Assembly (NCBI GenBank): GCA_016180645.1
Contig: JACPAV010000028.1
Span: forward strand, 1 to 64,000
Direction of reading: 5' to 3'
Source of the DNA: Nitrospirota bacterium
GTDB lineage: Bacteria; JACPQY01
DNA: 64,000 nt
Both the position numbers and the translations under genes were made by a program. Of the stretch, positions 27,741 through 37,785 are shown piece after piece; position 1 is the first letter of the stretch; every line of letters starts with the position of its first letter. The notes beneath the pieces are model-generated. The model was not told the DNA's origin, did no database searches, and saw only the letters and a list, made by a program, of their open reading frames with translations.

Positions 27741-28825
27741 CGGCTTCGGTCGGGCCCAAACTTCTGATTCTCCTGGGCCTGCTCCTGCTTTCCTTCCTCT
27801 TTTCCGCATCCGAAGCGGCGCTTTTCTCGCTTAGCCCGCTTGATCTGGCCGGCCTCAAGCGCGAACGTCCCGAAGCCTTCACGAAACTCTCCCGGTTCCT
27901 TTCCACTCCGCGGCGGGTGCTGGTCACGCTGCTGCTGGGCAACGAGTTGGCCAACGTCGGTGCGAGCGCCGTGGCGACGGCGCTGGTGGTTCAGCAGGTG
28001 GGCGAAGATTTGAAATGGCTGGCCGCCGTGATCATGTTTCCGACGGTCCTGCTCTTCTGCGAGCTGACGCCGAAGACCCTTTCGTTGAGGTATCGATTGC
28101 GGGCGGCATTGCTCGTGAGGGCGCCGCTTCAGGTGTTTTTCTTCCTGGTATCGCCGGCGGTCGTCTTTCTGCGTTTCATTGCGGATGGCGTCATCAAACT
28201 GGCGGCGCGGCGGGCCCCGCCGGCCGATTCAGGCCTGGCGGAAAAGGATTACAAACGGATGGTGCGGCGTGCCGCGCGCGACGGGTCGCTCACCCCGTCC
28301 GAGCAGGGCCTGATCGAAGCCACGTTCACACTGGCCGATGTGGGTGTGGGAGAGGTCATGACCCCGCGGGACAAAGTGTTCGCGGTTCCGGTCTCCAGCA
28401 GCTACGAAGATCTCCTCTGGGGATTCAAACAGAAGCAGTTCAGGCGGATTCCCGTGTACGAGGGATCGCCCGATCGCATCGTGGGGGTGGTCCATGTGAA
28501 AGAGCTCCTGCGACCCGTGGCCGTCCAGAAAATCAAGGAGACGGGGTCCGTGGCCTTGGTGATGCGGCGGCCGCTTTTTGTAGATCGAAACCGAAAACTG
28601 GACGAGATTTTCTCCAAGCTGAACCGGGAGAAGACACACATGGCGTTTGTGAAGGGCGAGAAGGGGGAACTCCTGGGGCTTGTGACGATGGACGACGTAC
28701 TCTCGAGGATCATGCAGGAGGTCTCGGGCCCAAGAAGCGCGCCGGAAGCAGGGGCGGCGCGAGGACCCCACGAAGATTCTTCTCGCCGTCCGTGGAGCGG
28801 AGCGGAGGGGGCAGGCCTTAGGTGA
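27719..28825 (+). CDS. CNNM (DUF21)-CBS hemolysin family protein
   Basis: FSASEAALFS, ELTPKT, VMTPR, RIPVY. Confidence 0.9.
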   Translation: MGSLEELAASVGPKLLILLGLLLLSFLFSASEAALFSLSPLDLAGLKRERPEAFTKLSRFLSTPRRVLVTLLLGNELANVGASAVATALVVQQVGEDLKWLAAVIMFPTVLLFCELTPKTLSLRYRLRAALLVRAPLQVFFFLVSPAVVFLRFIADGVIKLAARRAPPADSGLAEKDYKRMVRRAARDGSLTPSEQGLIEATFTLADVGVGEVMTPRDKVFAVPVSSSYEDLLWGFKQKQFRRIPVYEGSPDRIVGVVHVKELLRPVAVQKIKETGSVALVMRRPLFVDRNRKLDEIFSKLNREKTHMAFVKGEKGELLGLVTMDDVLSRIMQEVSGPRSAPEAGAARGPHEDSSRRPWSGAEGAGLR

Positions 28826-30075
28826 CGATCGGACTCGTCCTCCTGGTGTCCCTGCTCTTCATCCTGATGGAGGGCTTCTTCTCCGGATCGGAAATCGCGA
28901 TCCTTTCGTGCGATAAGATCCGCGTGAAACAGAGATCCGCGGAGGGCAGCACGGCTGCTCAGTTGATTCTCGGCTGGATGCAACACCCCTCGCGCCTGCT
29001 TTCGACCACGCTGTTGGGGACGAATCTTGCGGTGGTGCTCAACACCGTCTTCGTAACTTCGGTCATCCTGTCCGGGGGATTTCATCATGCCGAGCTGCTG
29101 ACCACGTTCCTGCTCGGACCCGTGGTCCTCTTGTTCGGGGAAATTCTTCCGAAGAGCGTATTTCAAGCGTATGCCACCCCCATCGCGCTTCGGGTGGCGC
29201 CCCCCCTGCAAGCCGTTTCGTGGATTCTGACGCCGCTCATCTACGTCTTGGATCGGTACGGGCGACTCCTGGGCCGGAGGAAGGAAACCCTGCGGATCAC
29301 CCGCGACGAACTGGTCATTCTCCTGGGACGCCGGGGGGGGGACGTGAAAGACGTCGAGCGAAGAATCATCCACCGCATCTATCGTTTCGCCACGGGCCGC
29401 GTGAAGGACGCCATGGTACCGCTGGCCGAAGTGGCGGCGCTCCCGGAGACGGCTTCGGTGGGGCAGGCCGTCGGGCTGATCCTCCACACCGGTCACACGA
29501 GAATCCCGGTGTTTCGAGAGCGGATCGATCACCTGGTCGGCGTGCTGAGGTCGTACGAGCTGATTGATCAAGTGGGATCGCCCCATCAACCGATCCGCGC
29601 CTTCGTGCGAAAGCCTCTGTACGTGCCGGAGACCAAACCCCTGGTGGGGCTGCTGGAACTTCTGAAGGAGCGCGGCGTGAACATGGCCATCGCCGTCGAT
29701 GAGTTCGGAGGCGCGGTGGGCTTCCTCACGCGGGAGGACATTGTGGAAGAAATTGTCGGCGAAATCGAGGATGAGTATGACGAGGGGAGGCGGCGTTGGG
29801 AGGAGCGCGACGGCGGAACGGCGATCGACGCGCGGATGGACATCGAGCATGTGAATGAGGTGCTCGGCTTGAACCTTCCTCTCAGTGAGGACTACGAAAC
29901 GTTGGCCGGATTCGTGCTGGATCGGATGGGGCGGGTGCCGAAGGTGGGGGATGAATTCAAGTTCAACGGGATTCAATACAAGGTGACGAAAGCGACTCCC
30001 ACGCAGGTGAAAGAGGTTGAAGTTCGCGCCCCGGATGGAGTAGGTGAAGTCAGTTCGACTTCAGCCGGAACGTGA
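28822..30075 (+). CDS. CNNM-CBS-CorC hemolysin family protein
   Basis: FSGSEIA, GEILPK, VDEFGG, EEIVGEIEDEYD, YETLAG. Confidence 0.92.
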   Translation: MTIGLVLLVSLLFILMEGFFSGSEIAILSCDKIRVKQRSAEGSTAAQLILGWMQHPSRLLSTTLLGTNLAVVLNTVFVTSVILSGGFHHAELLTTFLLGPVVLLFGEILPKSVFQAYATPIALRVAPPLQAVSWILTPLIYVLDRYGRLLGRRKETLRITRDELVILLGRRGGDVKDVERRIIHRIYRFATGRVKDAMVPLAEVAALPETASVGQAVGLILHTGHTRIPVFRERIDHLVGVLRSYELIDQVGSPHQPIRAFVRKPLYVPETKPLVGLLELLKERGVNMAIAVDEFGGAVGFLTREDIVEEIVGEIEDEYDEGRRRWEERDGGTAIDARMDIEHVNEVLGLNLPLSEDYETLAGFVLDRMGRVPKVGDEFKFNGIQYKVTKATPTQVKEVEVRAPDGVGEVSSTSAGT

Positions 30076-31069
30076 GGCTGGCCGTATAGGTCCAGCCGGA
30101 AAAGTCGTGCTGGCGCAGGATCGCGCCGGTATTGAGATCTCTGGCGTCCTTGTCTCGCACCGTTCCCTTCCGTCCGTCCAAAGTTAGATAGGTATCCGCA
30201 ATGCCCCACTCGTCCTCCATCTTGTCCGCGTGGTACCGGTCGAACGTGTCCAGCAGGATCATGGCCCCCCCCCCGTAGTGCCAACCCCGTTTTTCAAACC
30301 AGTAGCGTTCGCTTTTGAGTTGGCGGTGGCTGGACCGTGCGATCACTTCATCGGCTCCCGCGATGCCATACGGGATGATCCACTGGTTTCGGAAGACGTG
30401 GAGACGCAGGCCCAAGTCTGCTTGGATGGGAATCGCAGAAAGCGAATACAGATCCCGGGTACGGAGCGAATAGTCCCAGTCGCATTTGGGGAGGGGCTGA
30501 TCTTCGGCCTCCGGCTTAAAGCCCGGTGCGCAACTGGGGTCGTCGGAGGGCAGGGGGGAGGTTTGTTCCTGGAGGCCGAATCCCGAGGCGTACATGTAGC
30601 CTGCGGAGAGGCTGAGAGAAACTATTCTGTAAATGAACCAGCCGGTCGTAAGGCGGAAGGTTGTCACCTGTTTGTCGGGGTCTTGCGGCGCCCTGTGGTC
30701 GTTGTAGAATTTCTGGAAAGTCTTGTCTTCCGGGAGGAAAACCCCGCCGCCGATTTCGGTGAGCGTCGGCTTGAGGGAGAATGCGTAGGACGGACCCGTC
30801 GAGAGGGCAAGGATGAGGGCGGTGGCCGCCAGTCTCTTGGAGTGCGTCCGTAAACTCACCTGTCGTAGGGGAGGACCTTCAGGTCCTCCCTTCTTGGGAG
30901 CAGCTAAAGCTGCTCCCCTACACGCTTGGAGGAGAGGGAACTCCCTCGCCCTGAAAGGCCATGTTACATGCCGCGCCATCCTCGGCGCGGCGACATTCCA
31001 TGGCCCCAGACCATCCATGGTCAGGGGGAGAGGGTGGGGGTGAGGGTTTTCAGCCAAGCACTTGGTCAT
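30050..31069 (-). CDS. Outer-membrane beta-barrel protein (MXAN_2562-like)
   Basis: WIIPYGIAG, GWHYGGG...LLDTFD...EWGIADTY...FSGW; ATGA overlap with the upstream gene. Confidence 0.65.
   Translation of the reverse strand: MTKCLAENPHPHPLPLTMDGLGPWNVAAPRMARHVTWPFRAREFPLLQACRGAALAAPKKGGPEGPPLRQVSLRTHSKRLAATALILALSTGPSYAFSLKPTLTEIGGGVFLPEDKTFQKFYNDHRAPQDPDKQVTTFRLTTGWFIYRIVSLSLSAGYMYASGFGLQEQTSPLPSDDPSCAPGFKPEAEDQPLPKCDWDYSLRTRDLYSLSAIPIQADLGLRLHVFRNQWIIPYGIAGADEVIARSSHRQLKSERYWFEKRGWHYGGGAMILLDTFDRYHADKMEDEWGIADTYLTLDGRKGTVRDKDARDLNTGAILRQHDFSGWTYTASLTFRLKSN
30865..30921. repeat. GTAG-type REPIN inside the ORF N-terminus
   Basis: GTAGGGGAGGACCTTCAGGTCCTCCC...GGGAGCAGCTAAAGCTGCTCCCCTAC. Confidence 0.85.
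30941..31046. repeat. Compound palindromic element (copy of 49036-49146)
   Basis: 30957-31008 matches the reverse complement of 49073-49124 at 47/52 nt. Confidence 0.85.
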
Positions 31070-32145
31070 GGTTTCCGTCTGCGCGCGAGGAGAACCGGTA
31101 CGAGGATCAGCCAGGACCAATCGCCCGGGCCGCCGGAACCCGGCATTGTCGAGCAGCCGTTGTCGCCGGGGAAAATATCTTTGGGCCCGATGGCGGGCAC
31201 GGGAATTCCAATTCCTGGCGCGGGCCCGCCTTCATTATTGGCGCGATCCACCGCGTACAGTTTCAAGAAATAGACGGTATCCTCTCTCAATTCTTCGCCT
31301 TTGAACTTGGTCAGGACGGCTGTCGTTTCGGCGGCGTCCACCTCCACGGAGTCCTGGGAATCCTCCGTGGTGGGGTCGTTGCATTTCGTCTCGAGATTCT
31401 GCCTGAGCTTCTGCTGCCGTTCTCCCGTGTAGTTGGCTTGGATGGCGGTGACGAGTGCATCCTTTTGTTTGTCGTGGATATCTTTCTGGCACCTGTCGTC
31501 TACGAAGATGCGGTACTTGGCGACGTCGCCGGACTCGCTGGCCTGCCAATTGATCCGGATGGCCTTGTTCAGCCCGCTGACGTCCAACGCCTCGGTTTGC
31601 AGTTTGGGAGGGTTTTCGTCGTATGCCACCGTGATGGGGATTTCATGATTCGCGTCCGTCGCAGAAGTCGTCCCGCCTGTCTGGTTGGAAGCCCCCGTCA
31701 CTTGCGAGTCATTGGTATGCTCGCCCGCTTCAAAGCAGAGTTTGAAGCTGATGGGGGGCCGCTCGGTCGCGGCGGCCGGTTTACCCGACAGCAGGTTGGC
31801 CACGGATTCCCGCTTCAGCTGGAATGTCAGTTCGGCATCCTTGGTGGGGTAGTTTGACTTGGCCACATCCTGATACCTTTTGGCCTCATTGTCGTCGCAG
31901 GTACCGTCGGTGACCTCCACATAGTACCGAGCTTTGTCCGAGCCGTGATTGGACTTCCACGTGATCGTGATGTGCTCACTGTTGGGTCCCAGGTAGACCT
32001 TGCAATCTTTCCCTTTTTGGGCCGAGCAGGCTTCGCTCTGTGCTGCGGGCGAGGCCCCAACGAGTGTAATCTCGGGCTTGTCGGCAAGTGCGGGAGATGC
32101 GGTGAGAATGGATAGGAGGGCCGCGAGCGAGAAGCGGACTCTCAC
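31066..32145 (-). CDS. MYXO-CTERM-anchored surface protein with FN3-like domain (MXAN_2561-like)
   Basis: Signal peptide; YFLKLYAVDRANNE; C-terminal GCST...WLILVPVLLARRR. Confidence 0.75.
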   Translation of the reverse strand: MRVRFSLAALLSILTASPALADKPEITLVGASPAAQSEACSAQKGKDCKVYLGPNSEHITITWKSNHGSDKARYYVEVTDGTCDDNEAKRYQDVAKSNYPTKDAELTFQLKRESVANLLSGKPAAATERPPISFKLCFEAGEHTNDSQVTGASNQTGGTTSATDANHEIPITVAYDENPPKLQTEALDVSGLNKAIRINWQASESGDVAKYRIFVDDRCQKDIHDKQKDALVTAIQANYTGERQQKLRQNLETKCNDPTTEDSQDSVEVDAAETTAVLTKFKGEELREDTVYFLKLYAVDRANNEGGPAPGIGIPVPAIGPKDIFPGDNGCSTMPGSGGPGDWSWLILVPVLLARRRKP

Positions 32146-32185
32146 GGCAAAGGGGTCAGGTCTTGCATTCGTTCACCTGCTCGCT

Positions 32186-33196
32186 TCATCGGATCAACAA
32201 CCTCTCCGCGATCTGGACGGCGTTGAGCGCGGCGCCTTTTCGGAGCTGGTCGCCCACCGCCCAAATGTTGATCCCGTTCTCCACGCTGTGGTCCTCCCGG
32301 ATCCGGCCGACGAACACGGGGTCGGTGCCCGCGAGATCCTTCGGACGCGGAAACTGGGCCGTCGCCGGATCGTCCAACACCTTCACGCCTTCCGCCTGTT
32401 CCAATTCCTTCCGCACATCCTTCGCGGTCGCCTTCTTCCTCGTCTGAATGTTCACGCTCTCCGAGTGGCACCGGAAAACGGGTACGCGCACGGTGGTCAC
32501 GCTCATCCGGAGATCCGGCAGACCGAGGATCTTGCGGGTTTCCTGCATGACTTTGGTTTCCTCTTCCGTATAGCCGTCCTCGCCGACTTTCCAGTCGAGC
32601 GTAATCACATTGAACGCCATGTCAAACGGCCACACCTTGTGCGGCAACGGTTCGCCCCTTGCCCAGGCGCGGGTCTGCTGATCGAGTTCATCCACGGCGC
32701 GGGCGCCCTTGCCGCTTACGGCTTGGTACGTGGAGACGACCACGCGTTCGAGGCCGAAGGCCACGTCGATTGGTTTCAGCGGCACGCAGAGAATCGCCGC
32801 CGTGCAGTTCGGATTGGCGATGATGCCCTTGTGCTTTTTGATGTCGCCGGGATTGACTTCGGGGACGACGAGGGGGACCTGCGGGTCCATCCGCCAGGCG
32901 GACGAATTGTCGATGACGACCGTACCCGCCTTCACCGCCCTTGGAGCGTACTCGCGGCTGATCTTCGCGCCGGCGGACATCAGGGCGATGTCGCACCGAT
33001 TCCTTTCGAAGGACTCCGGAGTGAGTTCGATAATGGTCTCCTCTCCGCCGTTGAATTTCACTTTCTTCCCCGCGGAGCGTGCCGAGGCGAAAACTTTGAG
33101 GGAGCTTACGGGAAACTTTCGCTGATGGAGAACGTGGACCATTTCCTGTCCGACCGCTCCGGTAACCCCCACAATGGCTACGCTGTGCCCGTCCAC
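32186..33196 (-). CDS. asd: Aspartate-semialdehyde dehydrogenase
   Basis: VGVTGAVG, ANPNCT, STYQAVSG, DQLRKGAALNAVQ. Confidence 0.96.
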   Translation of the reverse strand: MDGHSVAIVGVTGAVGQEMVHVLHQRKFPVSSLKVFASARSAGKKVKFNGGEETIIELTPESFERNRCDIALMSAGAKISREYAPRAVKAGTVVIDNSSAWRMDPQVPLVVPEVNPGDIKKHKGIIANPNCTAAILCVPLKPIDVAFGLERVVVSTYQAVSGKGARAVDELDQQTRAWARGEPLPHKVWPFDMAFNVITLDWKVGEDGYTEEETKVMQETRKILGLPDLRMSVTTVRVPVFRCHSESVNIQTRKKATAKDVRKELEQAEGVKVLDDPATAQFPRPKDLAGTDPVFVGRIREDHSVENGINIWAVGDQLRKGAALNAVQIAERLLIR

Positions 33197-34269
33197 TAAA
33201 GCCTTGCTCCTTTGGCCACGTAGTCTGCGATCCGGTCGCCAACCTGTTCGGTGGTCATGCCCATCTTTCCTGCGGACAGGTTCTTGATGTCGTCGCGCAA
33301 TGCCTTGATCACGGCCACTTCCACGTTCTGTGCCGCTTTCGATTCGCCGAGAAAATCGAGGAGCATCTGGCCGGCGCAGATACACGCCAGCGGGTTGATC
33401 ACGTTCTTACCCGTGTATTTCGGCGCGGATCCGCCGATCGGTTCGAACATGGAGGCGCCGCCCGGATGGATGTTCCCGCCCGCGGCGATGCCCATGCCGC
33501 CCTGAATCATCGCGCCGAGGTCGGTGATGATGTCGCCGAACATGTTGTCCGTCACGATCACGTCGAACCACTCGGGATTCTTCACCATCCACATGCACGT
33601 GGCATCCACATGCGCGTAATCCGGCTTGATGTCCGGAAACTCTTTCGCCACGTCGTAGAACGCGCGTTCCCAGAGGTCGAACGCGTAGGTCAATACGTTG
33701 GTCTTCCCGCAGAGCGTCAACTTATGGTCCTTTTTTCGCTTCCGGGCGACCTCGAAGGCGTAGCGGATGCAGCGTTCGGCCCCCTTGCGCGTGTTGATCG
33801 ATTCCTGGACCGCGACTTCGTCCGGCGTTCCCTTCTTGTGGAAGCCGCCCGCGCCGCAATAGAGCCCTTCGGTATTTTCGCGCACGACGACGAAATCGAT
33901 TTCCTTCGGCCCTTTGTCGGCGAGCGGCGTCTTCACGCCGGGATAGAGTTTCACGGGCCGCAGGTTGATGTAGAGGTCGAGCTCGAACCGCATTCGGAGA
34001 AGAATGCCTTTCTCAAGAATGCCGGGCTTCACATCCGGATGCCCGATGGCCCCGAGAAAGATCGCATCGAACGTCTTGAGTTCGGCCACGGCGGAATCGG
34101 GGAGCGTCTCGCCGGTCTTGAGATACCGCGCGCCGCCGAAGTCGAATTCGTGGAAATTGAGACGGAACCCGTTATCTGAGGAAGCGGCCTTAATAACCTT
34201 AACTCCCTCGCGCATGACTTCGGGGCCGGTCCCGTCGCCGGCCACTACGGCAATGTTGTATGTCTTCAT
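33196..34269 (-). CDS. leuB: 3-isopropylmalate dehydrogenase
   Basis: [32 protein letters not shown]. Confidence 0.93.
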   Translation of the reverse strand: MKTYNIAVVAGDGTGPEVMREGVKVIKAASSDNGFRLNFHEFDFGGARYLKTGETLPDSAVAELKTFDAIFLGAIGHPDVKPGILEKGILLRMRFELDLYINLRPVKLYPGVKTPLADKGPKEIDFVVVRENTEGLYCGAGGFHKKGTPDEVAVQESINTRKGAERCIRYAFEVARKRKKDHKLTLCGKTNVLTYAFDLWERAFYDVAKEFPDIKPDYAHVDATCMWMVKNPEWFDVIVTDNMFGDIITDLGAMIQGGMGIAAGGNIHPGGASMFEPIGGSAPKYTGKNVINPLACICAGQMLLDFLGESKAAQNVEVAVIKALRDDIKNLSAGKMGMTTEQVGDRIADYVAKGARL

Positions 34270-34291
34270 GGTGGACCTTCCAGGGGTGAGA

Positions 34292-34792
34292 TCAGGCCGC
34301 TTTCCTTGCCGCCAGCTTTCTCTTGACCCACGGCATCAACCCGCCCAGTTCCACGAGCTGCTGCATGAAGGGAGGTAGGGGCTGGGCGCGGAAGACCCGC
34401 CCGTCGAGCTTGATGATACCTTCCTCGGGCACGACCGTGATGGTTTGGCCGGCCTGCACGGCCTCCACCAATTCGGGGCACTCGACGGCGCACATCCCGA
34501 TGTTGAAAGAGTTGCGGTAGAAGATCCGCGCGAACGACTTGGCCACGATGCAGCGGATCCCCAGGCCCTTGATGGAGATCGGGGCGTGCTCGCGGGAGGA
34601 TCCGCAGCCGAAGTTCTTTCCGCCGACGAGGATGTCGCCCCCCCGGGCCTTCTTGGAAAAATCCGGATCGGGGATTTCCATGCAGTGACGGGCCAGTTCT
34701 TTTTCATCGGTAGTGACGAGGTACCGGGCCGGGATGATCTGGTCCGTATCCACATCGTCTCCGAATTTCCAAACGCGTCCGGTGTAGATCAT
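34292..34792 (-). CDS. leuD: 3-isopropylmalate dehydratase small subunit
   Basis: DVDTDQIIP, NFGCGSSREHA. Confidence 0.93.
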   Translation of the reverse strand: MIYTGRVWKFGDDVDTDQIIPARYLVTTDEKELARHCMEIPDPDFSKKARGGDILVGGKNFGCGSSREHAPISIKGLGIRCIVAKSFARIFYRNSFNIGMCAVECPELVEAVQAGQTITVVPEEGIIKLDGRVFRAQPLPPFMQQLVELGGLMPWVKRKLAARKAA

Positions 34793-34796
34793 GGGA

Positions 34797-36092
34797 TCAG
34801 GCGGCTTTCTCGCCCGCGGCATCTTCCCACGGGGCGAAATCCGCGGGATGGCTGATGGACCCCGCGATGGCCGTGGCCGCCACCACGGCCGGATTGGCGA
34901 GATAGACTTTCGCGTCCTTGTGCCCCATCCGGCCCGGGAAGTTTCGATTGGAGGAGGAGATGCACACATCGTCCGGTCCGAGGACGCCCATGTGCCCGCC
35001 GAGGCACGGGCCGCAAGTGGCCGTGGACACGCTGGCGCCGGCATCCGCGAAGATTTCGATGAGTCCCTCCCGAAGGGCCTGCTTGTAGATGTTCACCGTG
35101 GCCGGGATGACCATCATTCGCACCCCACGGGCGATCTTTTTCCCTTTCATGATCCGTCCGGCCAGCCGGAGATCTTCGATGCGCGCGTTGGTGCAGGATC
35201 CGAGAAAAACGTACGTGACGGCGGTCCCTTTCAGCTCTCCCACAAAGCGAGTGTTGGAGGGGAGAGAGGGGCAGGCCACCACAGGATCGAGCCCTGAGAT
35301 ATCCCACTCCAGAGTGTCGGAATAGCGCGCGTCCGAGTCGCTGGGAAAAATCTTAAATGCTCGCTTGGAGCGGCGTTGAACGTAATCGGCGGTCGTTTCG
35401 TCCGCCGCGACGATGCCCGATTTTCCACCGGCCTCAATGGCCATGTTGCACATGGTGAGGCGCCCTTCCACGGAGAGTTGTCGGACGCCGGGTCCGGTGA
35501 ATTCCATCGCTTTGTACCGGGCGCCGTCGTCCCCCACTTTCCCGATCGTGTAGAGGATGAGGTCTTTTCCCATGACCCAGGCGGGCATCGCGCCCTTGTA
35601 GATGAATTTCATGTTCTCGGGAACTTTCATCCAGAATTCTCCCGTGGCGAGGACGGCCGCCAAATCGGTGCTGCCGACCCCCGAGGAAAAAATGCCGAGT
35701 CCGCCGTAGGTGCAGGAATGCGAATCGGCGCCGATGACGATGTCGCCCGGCACCACGAGCCCGAGTTCGGGGAGGAGCGAGTGCTCGATGCCTCCCTGGC
35801 CTTCGTCGAAAAACAGCGGCAGGTCATGCTTGCGCGCGAACTGGCGCGTGATACTCCCTTGCTCTGCGCTGGCGATGTCCTTGGCGGGGATGAAGTGCGA
35901 CATGACGAGGGCGACTTTGCCGCGGTCCCACACGCCGTCGAGGCCTTCCTTCTGGAGGGTGCGGATGGCAATCGGCGCGGTGACGTCGTTTCCCATCGCG
36001 AGATCGACCTTCACTTCGATGAAATCGCCGGGCTTCACACTCTCGCGCCCGCAGTGCGCCGCGAGAATCTTCTCTGTAATCGTCATGCCCAT
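34797..36092 (-). CDS. leuC: 3-isopropylmalate dehydratase large subunit
   Basis: GADSHSCT, LGSCTNAR, CGPCLG, NRNFPGRMG. Confidence 0.94.
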   Translation of the reverse strand: MGMTITEKILAAHCGRESVKPGDFIEVKVDLAMGNDVTAPIAIRTLQKEGLDGVWDRGKVALVMSHFIPAKDIASAEQGSITRQFARKHDLPLFFDEGQGGIEHSLLPELGLVVPGDIVIGADSHSCTYGGLGIFSSGVGSTDLAAVLATGEFWMKVPENMKFIYKGAMPAWVMGKDLILYTIGKVGDDGARYKAMEFTGPGVRQLSVEGRLTMCNMAIEAGGKSGIVAADETTADYVQRRSKRAFKIFPSDSDARYSDTLEWDISGLDPVVACPSLPSNTRFVGELKGTAVTYVFLGSCTNARIEDLRLAGRIMKGKKIARGVRMMVIPATVNIYKQALREGLIEIFADAGASVSTATCGPCLGGHMGVLGPDDVCISSSNRNFPGRMGHKDAKVYLANPAVVAATAIAGSISHPADFAPWEDAAGEKAA

Positions 36093-36169
36093 AAGCTTTG
36101 TATCTTAGCGGAGCCAACGCACTTTGAGAAGCGGGTAGAGCCAGTAGCGTCGAACGACCCGTCGACGGG

Positions 36170-37684
36170 CTATCCCAGCACTTCCAAGACGGATCGATCA
36201 ACCGATCGTGCCAGTTTTCGGATTTCGGAGGGCGTGATGCTCAGGGGCGGCATCAGGACGATGACGTCGCCGAGGGGGCGGAGGATCACGCCGAAGTCGC
36301 GGGCCTTCATGCAGACGCGGTAGCCGACGCGGTCTTTGACGTCGAAGAGATCCCGCGTGGCCTTGTCCTTCACGAGTTCGATCCCCACCATGAGGCCGCG
36401 TTGGCGGATTTCGCCGACAAACCGTGAAGAGTGAAGTGTGATGAGTGAAGTGTGAAGAGCGCGGATCTTGTTGGGAAGCGATTGCAGGACCTGCTTCTTT
36501 CGGAACACATGGAGACTCGCCAGCGCGGCGGCGCAGCCGAGAGGATTCCCCGTGTAGGTGTGTCCATGATAGAAGGTTTTTTGTTCCTCGTATGCGCCGA
36601 TAAAGGCTACATAGACCGCATCCGTGGTGAGCGTGGCCGCGAGAGGGAGCACCCCTCCCGTGATGCCTTTGGCTATACACATAATATCGGGTGAAACGCC
36701 TTCATGCTCGGCGGCGAACATTTTTCCGGTTCGACCGAACCCCGTGGCTACTTCATCAAGGATCAGCAGGAGACCATGGTCGTCGCAAAGTTTTCGGATC
36801 CGCTTGAGGTAGCCGGGAGGGTGAACCACGATTCCCGCGGCGCCCTGGACGAGTGGCTCCATGAAAACCGCGGCGAGTTCAGTGTGATGTTCGCGGAGCG
36901 TTTTCTCCAGGACTTTGTAGCATTCAAAACGACAGGGGAGATCGCGTTCGGCGTTGAATGACTTGCTGCTCCTGTGAAGGGCGTTGGCGAACTTGTCGAA
37001 GCCCATTCCCTTGTACCCCACCGGACACCGGTGGCAATAGGGCGAGGGGGCTTTGATGGTGTCGAACAGGAGCGGTTTGTAGGTTGCGTGAAAAAGGTCG
37101 ATGCCGCCAAGGCTGACGGAGCCGATGGTATCGCCGTGATACGCCTCCGTGAGCGTAAGGAATCTTGTCTTTCTTTTCGGTTCGGGGACCTTCCTGGTGG
37201 GTCCCATTTGCTGCCAGTACTGATACGCCATCTTGAGCGCGATCTCGGCCGCCGTCGCGCCGCTATCCGAGTAGAACACCTTGGAGAGTCCGGGGGGAGC
37301 GAGTTGGACGAGTTCTTTGGCGAGTTGAATCCCCGGCTTGTGGGTGAGTCCGAGGAAAGTGGAGTGATCGAGTTGGCCGAGCTGATCCTTAATGGCTCGA
37401 TTGATCTCGGAGACGTTGTGTCCATGCACGTTGCACCAGAGGGATGACACGGCGTCCAGATATTTGTTTCCGTCTTCGTCATATAGATAGTTTCCCTTCG
37501 CTCGCTCGATGATGAGGGGATCGGCGGCGTTCCACTCGGCATGCTGGGTGAAGGGATGCCAGACGAATTGCTTGTCCATCTCCTTCCAGTTCGATTGGCA
37601 CTTGCCGTTCTTGCGCCGCCCATCCTTGGGACGGCGCCGATGCGGCAAGTACCGCACCATCCGTGGCTGGCTTCTCTTTTTCAT
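36170..37684 (-). CDS. bioA: Adenosylmethionine-8-amino-7-oxononanoate transaminase (alternative start 37579)
   Basis: VWHPFTQ, SSLWCNVHGH, YHGDT, DEVATGFGRTG, AKGITGG. Confidence 0.94.
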   Translation of the reverse strand: MKKRSQPRMVRYLPHRRRPKDGRRKNGKCQSNWKEMDKQFVWHPFTQHAEWNAADPLIIERAKGNYLYDEDGNKYLDAVSSLWCNVHGHNVSEINRAIKDQLGQLDHSTFLGLTHKPGIQLAKELVQLAPPGLSKVFYSDSGATAAEIALKMAYQYWQQMGPTRKVPEPKRKTRFLTLTEAYHGDTIGSVSLGGIDLFHATYKPLLFDTIKAPSPYCHRCPVGYKGMGFDKFANALHRSSKSFNAERDLPCRFECYKVLEKTLREHHTELAAVFMEPLVQGAAGIVVHPPGYLKRIRKLCDDHGLLLILDEVATGFGRTGKMFAAEHEGVSPDIMCIAKGITGGVLPLAATLTTDAVYVAFIGAYEEQKTFYHGHTYTGNPLGCAAALASLHVFRKKQVLQSLPNKIRALHTSLITLHSSRFVGEIRQRGLMVGIELVKDKATRDLFDVKDRVGYRVCMKARDFGVILRPLGDVIVLMPPLSITPSEIRKLARSVDRSVLEVLG

Positions 37685-37785
37685 CCGCGGCCCTTTCCGC
37701 TATGCTACAAGGACCGCGAAAGGAAACGTCATGCCAATCATGCGCGGCATTGTACCAGACACACAAGTTGAAGGAGGCAAGACTC

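Noticed and set aside
28402-29976. 524-aa minus-strand ORF
   Set aside because: Shadow of the two CNNM/CBS genes
32149-32169. AAAGGGGTCAGGTCTTGCATT, REP-like half element
   Set aside because: Single copy in the window with no partner arm; cannot be supported here
32000-33199. 399-aa + strand ORF
   Set aside because: Shadow of asd
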